DNA of 64,000 bases, from sequence record MK250028.1; one strand, 5' to 3'. The translations under genes and the position numbers were made by a program. Position 1 is the stretch's first letter, and every line of letters begins with the position of its first letter. Shown piece by piece: positions 15,993-26,679 of the stretch. The notes under the pieces were generated by a model. That model had not been told where the DNA came from. It made no database searches and saw only the letters and a program-made list of their open reading frames with translations.

Positions 15993-16676
15993 ATGAAACA
16001 TTATGATTCAATAGATAATATAAAATATAATACAGAATTAGTAGGTGAACAGGTATGGGCATTTAATAAATTGGATGGACAAAATTTTTGTGCTAAATAT
16101 TCTGTAAAGAAAAAAGAATTTACAAATTTTGGTTCAAGAAAATGTATGGTAGATGAGACATCAGAACAATTTGGTGATGCTGTACGTTATTTTAAATCAC
16201 ATAATTATTCATCTATATTAAGTAATATAGTTGAAAAACATAGGAGAAAGAAAGATATATTTTATGGCGTTGATGAAATTACGTTTTTCTTCGAATGGTA
16301 TGGTGATCATAGTTTTGCAGGATTTCATTCTGAAGAAGATAAAGATAATATGCATCTTGCATTAATTGATGTGTTCATCAAAAAGAAGGGATATATTGAA
16401 CCAAAGATATATATGGATCTATTTAGAGATTGTGGAATAGAATTGCCGCAATTAGTTTATACGGGACCATTATCAAATGATTTTATTAAAGATATTCAAG
16501 AAAATGACTGGACTGAACCAAATTGTAAATTTCCTTATGTAAAGGAAGGTGTTGTAATAAGGAGATCTACTATTTTAAAAGGACAACGAATGCCTAAAGT
16601 AAAAGTTAAAACAAAATGGTGGTTAACAGAATTGCATAAGAGATATACAGAAGAAGAATGTAAATTATTAGAGTAA
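15993..16676 (+). CDS. ATP-dependent RNA ligase-like nucleotidyltransferase (Rnl2-type core)
   Basis: Motifs KLDGQN (I), FFFEWYG (III), EGVVIR (IV), KVKVK (V). Confidence 0.75.
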   Translation: MKHYDSIDNIKYNTELVGEQVWAFNKLDGQNFCAKYSVKKKEFTNFGSRKCMVDETSEQFGDAVRYFKSHNYSSILSNIVEKHRRKKDIFYGVDEITFFFEWYGDHSFAGFHSEEDKDNMHLALIDVFIKKKGYIEPKIYMDLFRDCGIELPQLVYTGPLSNDFIKDIQENDWTEPNCKFPYVKEGVVIRRSTILKGQRMPKVKVKTKWWLTELHKRYTEEECKLLE

Positions 16677-16678
16677 TT

Positions 16679-17131
16679 ATGACAACAGGTGAATTAGACG
16701 AAATTGTAAAAGATATTATTAATATTTTTGGTAAACATATAAAGCTTGCAAGTTTATCAGGAAAATCATATGCAACAGGACATGAAAATTATTATGATAT
16801 AGTGTTTGAGAATACTACATCATTTACTTCACGAATGTTCGGTTATCAATATAGAAAGTTCCTTAATAATCTTGCAAGTTTAACTAATGGTGAAACAAGA
16901 AAAACAAATTCATATAAAGGATTTGTATATTATTGGTTTCCTGGATTTATTTACAAGAAAAATAATTTAAGAATTGAATTTGGAAGGAAAGGTTGGAATA
17001 GACATAGTGGTGATGATTCAACTACATGTTTTTATATGACGACTAATAACAAATATATTATTGAAGAAATTGTTAATAATATATTAAGAGATAGAGATAT
17101 ACGTATTTTAAAGAAGAATGATTATGAATAA
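16679..17131 (+). CDS. Hypothetical protein
   Basis: ORF track; operonic. Confidence 0.7.
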   Translation: MTTGELDEIVKDIINIFGKHIKLASLSGKSYATGHENYYDIVFENTTSFTSRMFGYQYRKFLNNLASLTNGETRKTNSYKGFVYYWFPGFIYKKNNLRIEFGRKGWNRHSGDDSTTCFYMTTNNKYIIEEIVNNILRDRDIRILKKNDYE

Positions 17132-17771
17132 TAAACCAACATTAGTGATTCCAAAAGGTAGGTTATATACAGGAATTAAACATATGTTTAATGTATGTAA
17201 TATTGATATGCCTGATGAGAATACTAGACAATATTATTTTCCTAATTGGAGTGATGATTGTTCATTATTCATTGCAAAACCTAAAGCAATACCAGAATTA
17301 ATTGCAAGTAAATTCTGTGAATTCGGTATGTGCGGATATGATATTATAAAGAATAGTGAATATGAAAATGATATAGAGCTCATTAAACACATAGGACTAA
17401 ATAGAGTAAAAGTATGTTTAGCTTCACGATATAATATTGATGAATTGTGTCATATGAATAAACCAGTTATTTGTGCCACTGAATTTGATGTGTTAGCAAA
17501 TCATTATTTTACAAAATTAGGAATTCCACATTATATATTAAATACAGCAGGTTCAACAGAAGGATATATTGATATTGGTGCAGATTGTATTATTGATGTT
17601 GTAGAAACAGGGAAAACGCTTAAAGAAAATAATATTAATATATTAGATACACTGATTGATACTGATACATGTATATTTGAACATGCATCATTAATGGATA
17701 CAATGTTACCATCAAATATACAAATAATTTATGATCAATGGATTAATAAGACATGGGAAACGAGAATGTAA
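17118..17771 (+). CDS. hisG: ATP phosphoribosyltransferase, short-form HisG-like
   Basis: IPKGRL, KPKAIP, FGMCGYD, GSTEG..GADCIIDVVETGKTLKEN. Confidence 0.88.
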   Translation: MIMNNKPTLVIPKGRLYTGIKHMFNVCNIDMPDENTRQYYFPNWSDDCSLFIAKPKAIPELIASKFCEFGMCGYDIIKNSEYENDIELIKHIGLNRVKVCLASRYNIDELCHMNKPVICATEFDVLANHYFTKLGIPHYILNTAGSTEGYIDIGADCIIDVVETGKTLKENNINILDTLIDTDTCIFEHASLMDTMLPSNIQIIYDQWINKTWETRM

Positions 17772-18214
17772 AATATATAGTAGAATTTGATGGTAATGAT
17801 GGCACAGGAAAAACTTATACGATAAAAGTATTATCAAAAGTTTTTCCTAACTGCATTTTTATAGATAGAGGATTATTCAGTAAAGCAACATTGCTATCAG
17901 ACGAAAATGATGAAATGTATAAGTATATTGATGATAATATTGATATGAATAGAATTTATATTATATTGGATGATTATCCAGAACATTGTCAAATGCTTAT
18001 AAAAAGAAGAGGAGATTCTATTGAAGAGAAATATCATACAATAGAAGATTTAGAGTATTATCGTAAACAATTTACAAACTTATATGGTTATTGTTGTAAA
18101 AAGAATTATGATAATGTTTATTTAGTTACACGATTATTACCAGATCATGTTCAGGTAATGATTGATATTATTAAGAAATTTACTAATTTTAATAAGGAAA
18201 ATAATAATGAGTAA
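17753..18214 (+). CDS. NMP kinase-like P-loop protein (thymidylate kinase-like)
   Basis: IVEFDGNDGTGKT Walker A, IDRG motif. Confidence 0.7.
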   Translation: MGNENVKYIVEFDGNDGTGKTYTIKVLSKVFPNCIFIDRGLFSKATLLSDENDEMYKYIDDNIDMNRIYIILDDYPEHCQMLIKRRGDSIEEKYHTIEDLEYYRKQFTNLYGYCCKKNYDNVYLVTRLLPDHVQVMIDIIKKFTNFNKENNNE

Positions 18215-18857
18215 AATAATTATTGGTACCAGTAATCCAGGTAAGATTAGAGAAATTGCATCTATTCTTTCACCATTAGGATATGAGATTGAACCGCATG
18301 CATTGGATGTTGATGAAACAGGAAAGACTATTAAAGATAATGCTATTATAAAAGCAAAAGCATATAGTAATGTATTTCCAGATACTTATGTTATTGCAGA
18401 AGATAGTGGATTAGTCGTTCCTAAATTGAATAATCTTCCTGGTCCGTATTCAGCAAGATTTCATGAAATTACAATAGATGATAATTTGAATGTTATAAAT
18501 GTTCCACATGAAGAATTTACTACGGATAAATCTGAACATGATAAACTTAATAATGAGAAGTTGTTGAAGTATATTAAAGATATTCCGTTTGATGAGCGTG
18601 CAGCATATTTTGAAGTATGTTTTGTCATTGCAAAGAATGGAATTATTCAAGAAACATTTAGTGGTTATTCATATGGTTATATAGCAGATGAATTACGTGG
18701 AACAAATGGATTTGGTTATGATCCATTGTTTATTGGTGAGAATACATTTGGTAAGACATATGCAGAACTAGATTCTGCAAGAAAGAATTTAAAGAGTCAC
18801 AGAAAGCAAGCATTGAAACAATTGGGCCTTTGGGTTTCACAGAATATAGAGAATTAA
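18207..18857 (+). CDS. rdgB: Non-canonical purine NTP pyrophosphatase (RdgB/HAM1 family)
   Basis: TSNPGKIRE, EDSGL..PGPYSAR, GFGYDPLF, KNLKSHR; start ATG 18207. Confidence 0.9.
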   Translation: MSKIIIGTSNPGKIREIASILSPLGYEIEPHALDVDETGKTIKDNAIIKAKAYSNVFPDTYVIAEDSGLVVPKLNNLPGPYSARFHEITIDDNLNVINVPHEEFTTDKSEHDKLNNEKLLKYIKDIPFDERAAYFEVCFVIAKNGIIQETFSGYSYGYIADELRGTNGFGYDPLFIGENTFGKTYAELDSARKNLKSHRKQALKQLGLWVSQNIEN

Positions 18858-18863
18858 TAATAT

Positions 18864-19355
18864 ATGAAGAAATTTATTTTTCCAGGTTCATTTGATCCTT
18901 TTACAAATGGGCATAAAGCAATAGTAGATCAGACATATAAATTGTGTGATGAATTTATTATAGCATTAGCGACAAACTTAAAGAAAGGAGAAGGACTTAT
19001 TAAACGTCCTGAGCGTATTAAGTTAATTAAAGAGATTTTTAAAGATTATCCGAATGTAAAGGTAATTGATATGACAGATACCTTGATTTCTGATTATTGT
19101 AAAAAGAATGGAGTTTCTTATATTGTTAGAGGTATCAGAAATTCGGAAGACTTTACATATGAAAAATCATTGGCAGCTACTAACCATTATTTGGCAGGAG
19201 TAGAAACTATGTTGGTAATGGGTTTTTGCGAACCATATAATATTGATATTTCATCTACATTCGTTAGAGAATTGGTACATTATAAATTACCTATTGGTGA
19301 GTTTGTTCCACCAGTTGTTGAACAATATATTAAAGATAATAATTTAACATGGTAA
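18864..19355 (+). CDS. coaD: Phosphopantetheine adenylyltransferase-like (CoaD family)
   Basis: FPGSFDPFTNGH, RGIRNSEDFTYE, ISSTFVRE. Confidence 0.85.
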   Translation: MKKFIFPGSFDPFTNGHKAIVDQTYKLCDEFIIALATNLKKGEGLIKRPERIKLIKEIFKDYPNVKVIDMTDTLISDYCKKNGVSYIVRGIRNSEDFTYEKSLAATNHYLAGVETMLVMGFCEPYNIDISSTFVRELVHYKLPIGEFVPPVVEQYIKDNNLTW

Positions 19356-20218
19356 ATAAGATTCAAGAGGAAGATTTAAAAGCAGTTGAATATTGTAAAA
19401 CTGTATTATATCCTAAATGGAATATCAAAGATTTATATTCTATAGATTTTGATACATTTAGAAAAATGCCATTGGTTGTAGAAGGTGAAAGTAAAGAGAT
19501 ACGTGCATTGGATGATGATTATTGTATCATTTATTTTAAACCTACAATTTATTCATTTACATATAATAGAACTGGTATTGTAGAAGGAAGTAATATTCCA
19601 CGTGTTCATGTAAGTAAAGTATTGTGTGAGTTACTTAAAGAAAATGGTATTAAACATGCATATCTAGATTATGGTGATGAATTTGTATTAGCACGCATAA
19701 TTAAAGATACACCTAATATTGAAGTTGTTGTAAAAGCAAATCATACAGGTACAAGTAAACATAGATATTTTGGTATGGGTAAGTCACATGTAAGAATGTC
19801 ACATCCATATTATTCGGGAATGGAAATTAAAGACATGGAACCATATCCAGCACCTATTGTAAGATTTGATTGGCGAAATCCATTTTGGGAACCAAATACA
19901 CATAAGATGTTAGCTGATGAAGTTATGTGCGATGATCAAGCAGATTATTATATTGATGTTAAGAAAGCAAAGAAAACTGCAGCACTAACATTCAGTGTAT
20001 TAAGTGATTTTCTTGCAAGTAAAGATATTGTTATTTATGATTTGTGTTTGTTTATATCAGAAGATGGTGAAACAGTATATGGAGAAATTTCACCAGATTG
20101 TGGAAGATATAGACATTATGATTTAGGAAGTCTTGATAAGGATGTATGGCGTGCAGGAGGTTCATCAGATCAGGTATTGAAGAAGTGGAATTTACTGTAT
20201 AAAATGATTACACAATAA
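19349..20218 (+). CDS. purC: SAICAR synthetase-like (PurC family)
   Basis: EGESKEI, IEVVVK, GEISPDCGRY, LDKDVWR. Confidence 0.78.
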   Translation: MVNKIQEEDLKAVEYCKTVLYPKWNIKDLYSIDFDTFRKMPLVVEGESKEIRALDDDYCIIYFKPTIYSFTYNRTGIVEGSNIPRVHVSKVLCELLKENGIKHAYLDYGDEFVLARIIKDTPNIEVVVKANHTGTSKHRYFGMGKSHVRMSHPYYSGMEIKDMEPYPAPIVRFDWRNPFWEPNTHKMLADEVMCDDQADYYIDVKKAKKTAALTFSVLSDFLASKDIVIYDLCLFISEDGETVYGEISPDCGRYRHYDLGSLDKDVWRAGGSSDQVLKKWNLLYKMITQ

Positions 20219-20220
20219 TT

Positions 20221-20457
20221 ATGAGAAAATACGAATGTGAGATTGAAGATTATCATGGACATTTCTTTCACCATCGGTTTGAAGCAAACGATGATAATGA
20301 AGCGTTGGATAAAGCAAATGACCATGGTTATAGATATTATGCTAATGATGATACTTTATATTATGTAGAAGGAGATTATGTTGATTATAGTAATATAAGT
20401 ACAGATCATTATAAAGAGAATATAAAGAAGTACCATCAAATATGGACTTCAATTTAA
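20221..20457 (+). CDS. Hypothetical protein
   Basis: ORF track; last gene before the terminator. Confidence 0.6.
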   Translation: MRKYECEIEDYHGHFFHHRFEANDDNEALDKANDHGYRYYANDDTLYYVEGDYVDYSNISTDHYKENIKKYHQIWTSI

Positions 20458-20469
20458 ATAGTATATTTA

Positions 20470-20504
20470 AAAGTCACTAAAATAAAAACTTTAGTGACTT
20501 TTTC
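20470..20504 (+). terminator. Intrinsic terminator
   Basis: AAAGTCACTAAA/TTTAGTGACTTT plus T-tract. Confidence 0.8.
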
Positions 20505-20543
20505 TATTATTATATATGAATTATAATTTAAACTATAAGATAA

Positions 20544-20927
20544 ATGAATTTAATTACAAATATAAAGAAATCATACAAACATATACCATATACATTTAAA
20601 CATTGGAAGATGGTATTGAAATTAGAGAAGAAATATATAGGCTATTATAAATATCCTTTTCATGATTTAGATAAATTGTTCATGTATATATTCTTCCCTT
20701 ATTTAGGAACAAAGATAATTCAGAAAATTCATACAAAGTTTGCTAATCATCATTTACGTAAATATAAGAAACATATGAATTTTGATGAAGCTATTCTTGA
20801 TTGGGAATCTGCAAGGTTTACAAAACCTGATAAACCATTGGATGCGTGGGATACATATCAAAAATATTTTACGGAATTTTCAAATGAGCTTTTACCTATA
20901 TTTGAAAAATTTAACTTGAAACATTAA
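20544..20927 (+). CDS. Hypothetical protein, possible HD-like metal-binding family
   Basis: HDLDK..H..NHH..EAILDW pattern. Confidence 0.6.
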   Translation: MNLITNIKKSYKHIPYTFKHWKMVLKLEKKYIGYYKYPFHDLDKLFMYIFFPYLGTKIIQKIHTKFANHHLRKYKKHMNFDEAILDWESARFTKPDKPLDAWDTYQKYFTEFSNELLPIFEKFNLKH

Positions 20928-20978
20928 AGACTTTATTTATATACGTTTATATAAAATATATAATGATTTTGTTTTAGA

Positions 20979-21350
20979 AGAACATTTATAAAAACTGTTT
21001 TAATAATTAGTGTAAAAGTGAGCACACAGAAAAAGAGAATTATGATAATTTCTGTAGAGCATGGATCAATACCAGCATTATATAATATACAGTTTATAGC
21101 AACGAATGTTCTAAATTTAAATTAACTATATGTCTAACATTCTTAATTTTTATTATTGGTAATAAGTGGCAAAACATGCTAGGAATAGTAAGTTATCGGT
21201 TCGAACCCGATATAATAAAGATAGAAAATGGATGATAGTTAATGATGCTAGATATAACGCTTATTATAGAAGTATTATAGGATTTGATTGAAGTGCGGAT
21301 GTTTATTATACCTGTTCTATTTTTTAATAAAACAAATGTCCCTATAGATT
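20979..21350 (+). ncRNA. Candidate structured ncRNA containing a tRNA-like module (21149-21220)
   Basis: Nested helices 20979-21112; TTTATTAT/ATAATAAA stem with ATCGG-TTCGAAC-CCGAT T-arm; ORF-free gap. Confidence 0.45.
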
Positions 21351-21435
21351 GAAACATGGATTGAGATGAATATAATATGATGTAATTTTAAGTTTGTTAT
21401 ATTTAGCATTAATTTTTTTAATAAGAATTATTAAT

Positions 21436-21879
21436 ATGTATATGTTACGATTACAAGATTTACCAGATGGTGCAATAGTTCAATTATACTATAGGTCTTA
21501 CGAAGAAGGATATGGACGTAGTAAACCAAGGTTTAGAACATATATTATATCATTTAATGATAATACTATAATTTTTTCAAATGTAGAATCTAAATATGAA
21601 GGTAATTTTAGTTTTTATTTAAATCAAACAGCACAATATATACATTTTGATCCAACAGATATAAATAATATTAATAATTTTGGATTTGATAAAAATTATA
21701 TTATTGTATATGGAATTTATACATTTGATGATTCTAATAATAAAGTAAAAATGCCATATTCAATGAACGGCAAGTATAAAATGAACATATACCATACAAA
21801 ATGTATATATCAAGAAGATATATCAAAAATTGCAGAGGATGAAATACAAGCTTACAATAGACGATACAAATATTATTAA
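21436..21879 (+). CDS. Hypothetical protein
   Basis: ORF track, first in-frame ATG used. Confidence 0.65.
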   Translation: MYMLRLQDLPDGAIVQLYYRSYEEGYGRSKPRFRTYIISFNDNTIIFSNVESKYEGNFSFYLNQTAQYIHFDPTDINNINNFGFDKNYIIVYGIYTFDDSNNKVKMPYSMNGKYKMNIYHTKCIYQEDISKIAEDEIQAYNRRYKYY

Positions 21880-22390
21880 TATAAACATATTACCCGGTGC
21901 AAAATTTGAATGTACAATATATAAAGGCAACGGACATTATGAAAGTTCATATGGAACTATTATGAAATGCAATGATAGATTAGTATTAATGTTGTGTGGA
22001 CTTTTGTTTTTTGGATATGACTATCATTCTTGGAATAGTATTCATACTTATAATAAAAAACATTATCTGTATTATAATTATTATAAGAATGATAACGATA
22101 GTATGAAAATAAAAGGTATTGTATGGTATTTAGATTTTGAAAAATATCCAGATAATTTTGGATTGTCTCCAAAATTATTTGTTGTTACTGATATATGGTT
22201 TAATAATATACATATATATAAAAGTAATTATATGTTAAAGAAATACCAACCAAGTTTAAAACCAAATTATATACATGAAGCAAATGAAAATTGTAAATGT
22301 TTTAAATATTGCGGTGGTAGTGTATATTCATCGGAAAAGTTAGAGGAATATGCAGAAGTAATACCTAATAAAAATTATAATTATGAATAA
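21830..22390 (+). CDS. Hypothetical protein
   Basis: ORF track; start uncertain. Confidence 0.6.
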   Translation: MQRMKYKLTIDDTNIININILPGAKFECTIYKGNGHYESSYGTIMKCNDRLVLMLCGLLFFGYDYHSWNSIHTYNKKHYLYYNYYKNDNDSMKIKGIVWYLDFEKYPDNFGLSPKLFVVTDIWFNNIHIYKSNYMLKKYQPSLKPNYIHEANENCKCFKYCGGSVYSSEKLEEYAEVIPNKNYNYE

Positions 22391-23861
22391 TATTAAAGAA
22401 AATAATTTTTTTATTCCTAGAAAAATTGCTGTAGGATTTGTAAAAAGAGCAAATACATATTCAGGAAAGTTATCTTATATTACTTATTATGATAATACTA
22501 ATAAATTACGTAAGGACGTATCTTGGAATGGATGGAGAGATAAAAATATAGAACCTGTATATACGGATAATATTCCAACATCAGGTTTTATTATTAATAA
22601 ACGTGCAGGAGGCGAAAAATGGGGATGGAACCAAAGAGCAACATATGCGCGTATATATGATCCAAGAGGATTTGAATTTGAGATAACTATAGATAATCTT
22701 CTTTGGATTCTTGAATATACTAATTCAGAAAACAAGGAATTAAAAGGACAATTTGTATATAGTTGGTATGGAACTGAACTTGTACTTATGCCTATTGTTT
22801 CATCTGATTATGAAGAATCTAAACGTTTATCTGAACAACAATATAATAAAACATCGTTTAAAGAACGTGATTTAATTCCGGGAACACTTTATAAAATGAA
22901 AGGTAAGGAATTAAATGAATTGGTATATATTGGTAAAGTAAAAGTATCCACAGAATTCAATATGTCTTATGTTAATAAATTAGCATTTGTACCTATACAG
23001 GATTCTTGGAAGTTATATTCACATTATGATAAAAATATCAACAGATCTGATTTCTTTATATTTAAAAGTGTTTCGTCTGTTATAGCAGAAATGCAACAAA
23101 ATTATTTTAGTGAAGATATTGTAAAAGAATATCTACATAGATTTGATATGTGTGCGTATTCATATAATTTCTGGAATAATTTTGGTAATTTCATTGATAA
23201 ATTTGTTTCTGACCATCCATGTATAATGAATGATTATAAAAAACCATATAAGATAGAATATAATAGATATAGCACAGAGAAAAATAATTATAATAATATT
23301 ATTGATAAATTCGAATATAATGGTATAAAGTTAGATTCATTAAGAATTATTCCTGAATGGTTAATTCAAACAGACAGAGAACACATATTTTATGAAAATA
23401 CAAGTGTATTAAAATCTGTTATATCTGATGATGGTAAATCTGTATTGATAAAAGAACAATATCCTACTATAGAAAATATTAATACATTTAATAGGATTGT
23501 ATATAAACGAATGTATGATTTCATGAATATTGATTTAAATACAAATACATTTAATAAAATATGTGATCCTGGATTGTGGGATGAATATAGAGGACATTAT
23601 TCTTTCGAAGTATCAAATATTATATATAAGCATCCATCAGAAACTACAGATGTTCAGAAAGCAAGAGAAATTAATACTCAGGTTTCATTAAATGATAACA
23701 GAACATTCCTATATTATATAACGAAGGATAATTATATATCTATATCATTGCAGGAAATGATACGGAATCATCGATATATGAAATTCGGTTTCTCAAATGG
23801 TATAGAAGAGAATAAATGGATAACATTAGATGCAATATTGTTACCGAAAAAGATTAAGTAA
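22383..23861 (+). CDS. Large hypothetical phage protein
   Basis: 492-aa ORF, TAG-free. Confidence 0.8.
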   Translation: MNNIKENNFFIPRKIAVGFVKRANTYSGKLSYITYYDNTNKLRKDVSWNGWRDKNIEPVYTDNIPTSGFIINKRAGGEKWGWNQRATYARIYDPRGFEFEITIDNLLWILEYTNSENKELKGQFVYSWYGTELVLMPIVSSDYEESKRLSEQQYNKTSFKERDLIPGTLYKMKGKELNELVYIGKVKVSTEFNMSYVNKLAFVPIQDSWKLYSHYDKNINRSDFFIFKSVSSVIAEMQQNYFSEDIVKEYLHRFDMCAYSYNFWNNFGNFIDKFVSDHPCIMNDYKKPYKIEYNRYSTEKNNYNNIIDKFEYNGIKLDSLRIIPEWLIQTDREHIFYENTSVLKSVISDDGKSVLIKEQYPTIENINTFNRIVYKRMYDFMNIDLNTNTFNKICDPGLWDEYRGHYSFEVSNIIYKHPSETTDVQKAREINTQVSLNDNRTFLYYITKDNYISISLQEMIRNHRYMKFGFSNGIEENKWITLDAILLPKKIK

Positions 23862-23885
23862 TTTTTTTATTTCAAAATAATTATG

Positions 23886-23893
23886 TATCTTTG
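23886..23893 (+). promoter_or_regulatory. Bacteroidota -7 element TATCTTTG
   Basis: Upstream of 23939. Confidence 0.55.
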
Positions 23894-23938
23894 TATTGTT
23901 AATAAACAAAAAGTATAAACAATTAAAAATATATAATT

Positions 23939-24430
23939 ATGACAACAAATAAAAAGAATACAGTTAAGAAGTATATACTCTCACAAAATTTACCTTTTGG
24001 TAATTTAAAGTCTGGTATGATTTTTTCTTATGATCCTATTACAAAAACTGCAGTATTTCCAAATGGACAAGAGATTTCACCATTTGATGTAAGTGATAAG
24101 AATTTCGTAAAACCTACGGCAGATGTAAAGTTTAATGTAGGTGATTGTGTCATTTATCATACGCGATTGTATAAGATTACTGATATTAACTATGTAACAG
24201 GTCGTTGTAAGCTTTTAGAGTTTTACGCAAATAAAGAGGTTGATTTTGTAAGTCATTCTGTATTGACAGCAGCACAAGTTTATTGGTTTGTTAATTCGTC
24301 TGGAACTGTTTCATCATCATATATTGGCAAACAACCAGATGCAGACTTATGGAGAGCAAAAACAAAGAACATGTTTAATACCAAGGAGGAGTGTCAGAAG
24401 TATAAGAATATTGTTCTTAAAAGTAAATAA
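23939..24430 (+). CDS. Hypothetical protein
   Basis: 163-aa ORF. Confidence 0.75.
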   Translation: MTTNKKNTVKKYILSQNLPFGNLKSGMIFSYDPITKTAVFPNGQEISPFDVSDKNFVKPTADVKFNVGDCVIYHTRLYKITDINYVTGRCKLLEFYANKEVDFVSHSVLTAAQVYWFVNSSGTVSSSYIGKQPDADLWRAKTKNMFNTKEECQKYKNIVLKSK

Positions 24431-24480
24431 AGAATATTTTTCAAATTTAAAATTTTAAATTAATATTTTATTTAACTCTT

Positions 24481-24514
24481 AAAGAGATTTGTAGTGATTA
24501 CAAGTCTCTTTTTT
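24481..24514 (+). terminator. Intrinsic terminator
   Basis: AAAGAGATTTGTA/TACAAGTCTCTTT plus T-tract. Confidence 0.75.
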
Positions 24515-24550
24515 CTTTTTAATAAATATATAAAATATAAAAGAAGTATT

Positions 24551-25144
24551 ATGCCAACAATGATGCCATTAATGGATAAAGATACCGTAAGATATATAAC
24601 ATAGAATATTACACCAGAAGAAACTAAATATGTAGCTGATATAAAATCTACTATTGATGATACAAAGTGTGAACCAGAGAAATGTGATGATGTTATATAT
24701 CTTACTAAGATTATCGCTTTTTATACTAAATTTACAAATCTTGCAAATACAACACCTAATAATCAATATAAGATGCATATTCAAGATTTTATGTGGAGAT
24801 TACAACAATATAAAGAAGATATATTCGAAGTAGTTCAGTCTATCATAGGAGTTTTAAATGGTTCAGATATTACAAAGATTGAATTACCTATAAGTGATAA
24901 TCCATTAGAGATTATAAATGAATTAAAACAATGTGTACAAAATTGGTTTACACTTCATACAGATGATATTGAATATGAAGGCGCTAGATCATTAACTAGT
25001 TCATTCCTTTCTGTAATTCATAAGTTTGTTTACCTTTTTAGATTAGATAAATGCTCGACTGCTGATTATGGTCAGGATTAGAAATTACCAAATCCTGATG
25101 CAGGATTATGTGGAGTAAACGGAGCATATGCAGTAAATTTTTAA
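24551..25144 (+). CDS. Hypothetical protein, possibly ferritin-like helical bundle (code 15)
   Basis: 197 aa open with TAG=Q; fold guess is weak. Confidence 0.65.
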
Positions 25145-25155
25145 TATGATATAAT

Positions 25156-26109
25156 ATGAATCCTATAAATCAACCATCATCTAGAAATTACAATATCAAT
25201 GGTAGTACAAGAAATAATGGGTTCTTATATAAAATTATGCCTTTATCATTTAATTTACAATAGAGAGGAAATGATTTTAAAGTTAAAAAATACAATAAGT
25301 GTAAATTTAATATCGGCGATAATGTAAGAGGATTGTGTTTGGAAGATAAGAAAGAACATTCAGGACGAATTACTAATATCTTATACAGTACAAATACAGA
25401 AGTTCCTTATTTAGTTTATATCATTGATAATAAGACAAGATAGAAATTATCATTAAACTTTAGTTCGCTAGAATTTAATAATTCTAAAATTGATGAGTCA
25501 TATGGGTTTGATGTTGCCATTAAACTATATGAAACATTAAATAAAGATAAATATAATAAATTAAAACTTTAGAATAGAATGGTAAATTCAATAAAAGTTT
25601 TACTTGAAGAATATTTTAATAATACAGAACAAATGGATATGTTGTTAAATGATTATTAGAAACAACAGAAAAAAGCAAGTAAAGCATATGATTCACGTCA
25701 AGAGTTTTTAAAATCAATATTAGGTAAAGTAACATATAACAAATATCAAAATAAAGGTATGTTTGCTCCTATTCCTTTATCTGCATTGCATTTAACATTC
25801 GAAGATTTTTATTATTTGTTTCCAGAGAATAATATTAAGATGAGACCAATGGATAATGAAGCAGGTGTAGAGAAAGTAAAGAAACTTATTGCACGTATTA
25901 ATAAGGAATATCCTAATAACGGTATTAGATTGTTAGATAATGGTGTTTCTTATACATTAAGTTCAAATCTTGTATTTAAGAGATTAGATAATATAATTGA
26001 TTTTTTATAGATAATTCAGAAAAATGTTTTGAGGATTTCATCTGATAAAACAAATCCAACAGTTAATTGGAAGGCGATGATAAAGAAATTCAGAAATTAT
26101 CTACGATAA
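25156..26109 (+). CDS. Hypothetical protein (code 15); possible internal start at 25579
   Basis: 317 aa open with TAG=Q; TAAATA at 25548 precedes the internal ATG. Confidence 0.65.
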
Positions 26110-26142
26110 TCAAATAAGTAAAATAAATTAATTAAAATAATA

Positions 26143-26646
26143 ATGATGATAACTACAAACATAAGTAACATTCCAGACGCATGGGATGGTTATTTTGAAC
26201 AATAGGTTAATAAGTTCACGCCTTCTGTTGAAGTTCCTAAGCCTTGGAGACATCCGGTTGGACCTGAACCTATGATGAAACCTTGCAAGCATCATAAGAC
26301 ATAGTTTATTATAAAACATAAATCTGCTACATTACCAAATGGACCAGAACATGGATGTAACGTATGTGATCCATATCATCCAAATTTGTATGATCATATG
26401 AATATGCCTTGTTTTAATCAACATAAACCATATGGTATCGCTACTAATAGATTAATGAGTCCATTTGAAGATGATGATAGACCTGATTGGCATGAATTCC
26501 ATGCTAAGAATCGTAAACCTATGATGTTTGAAGAAGTTATAGATGAAAATGGTTGTTCACATGGTCCTCATGGAACAATTAATGTTAGACCAGTTGAACC
26601 TGCTGATGATGAAGCAGATGAGATTGAAGATGAAGTAACAGTTTAA
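26143..26646 (+). CDS. Pro/His/Cys-rich hypothetical protein (code 15)
   Basis: 167 aa open with TAG=Q. Confidence 0.7.
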
Positions 26647-26679
26647 AATGAAAATTAATTAATGATAGAAATATAAATT

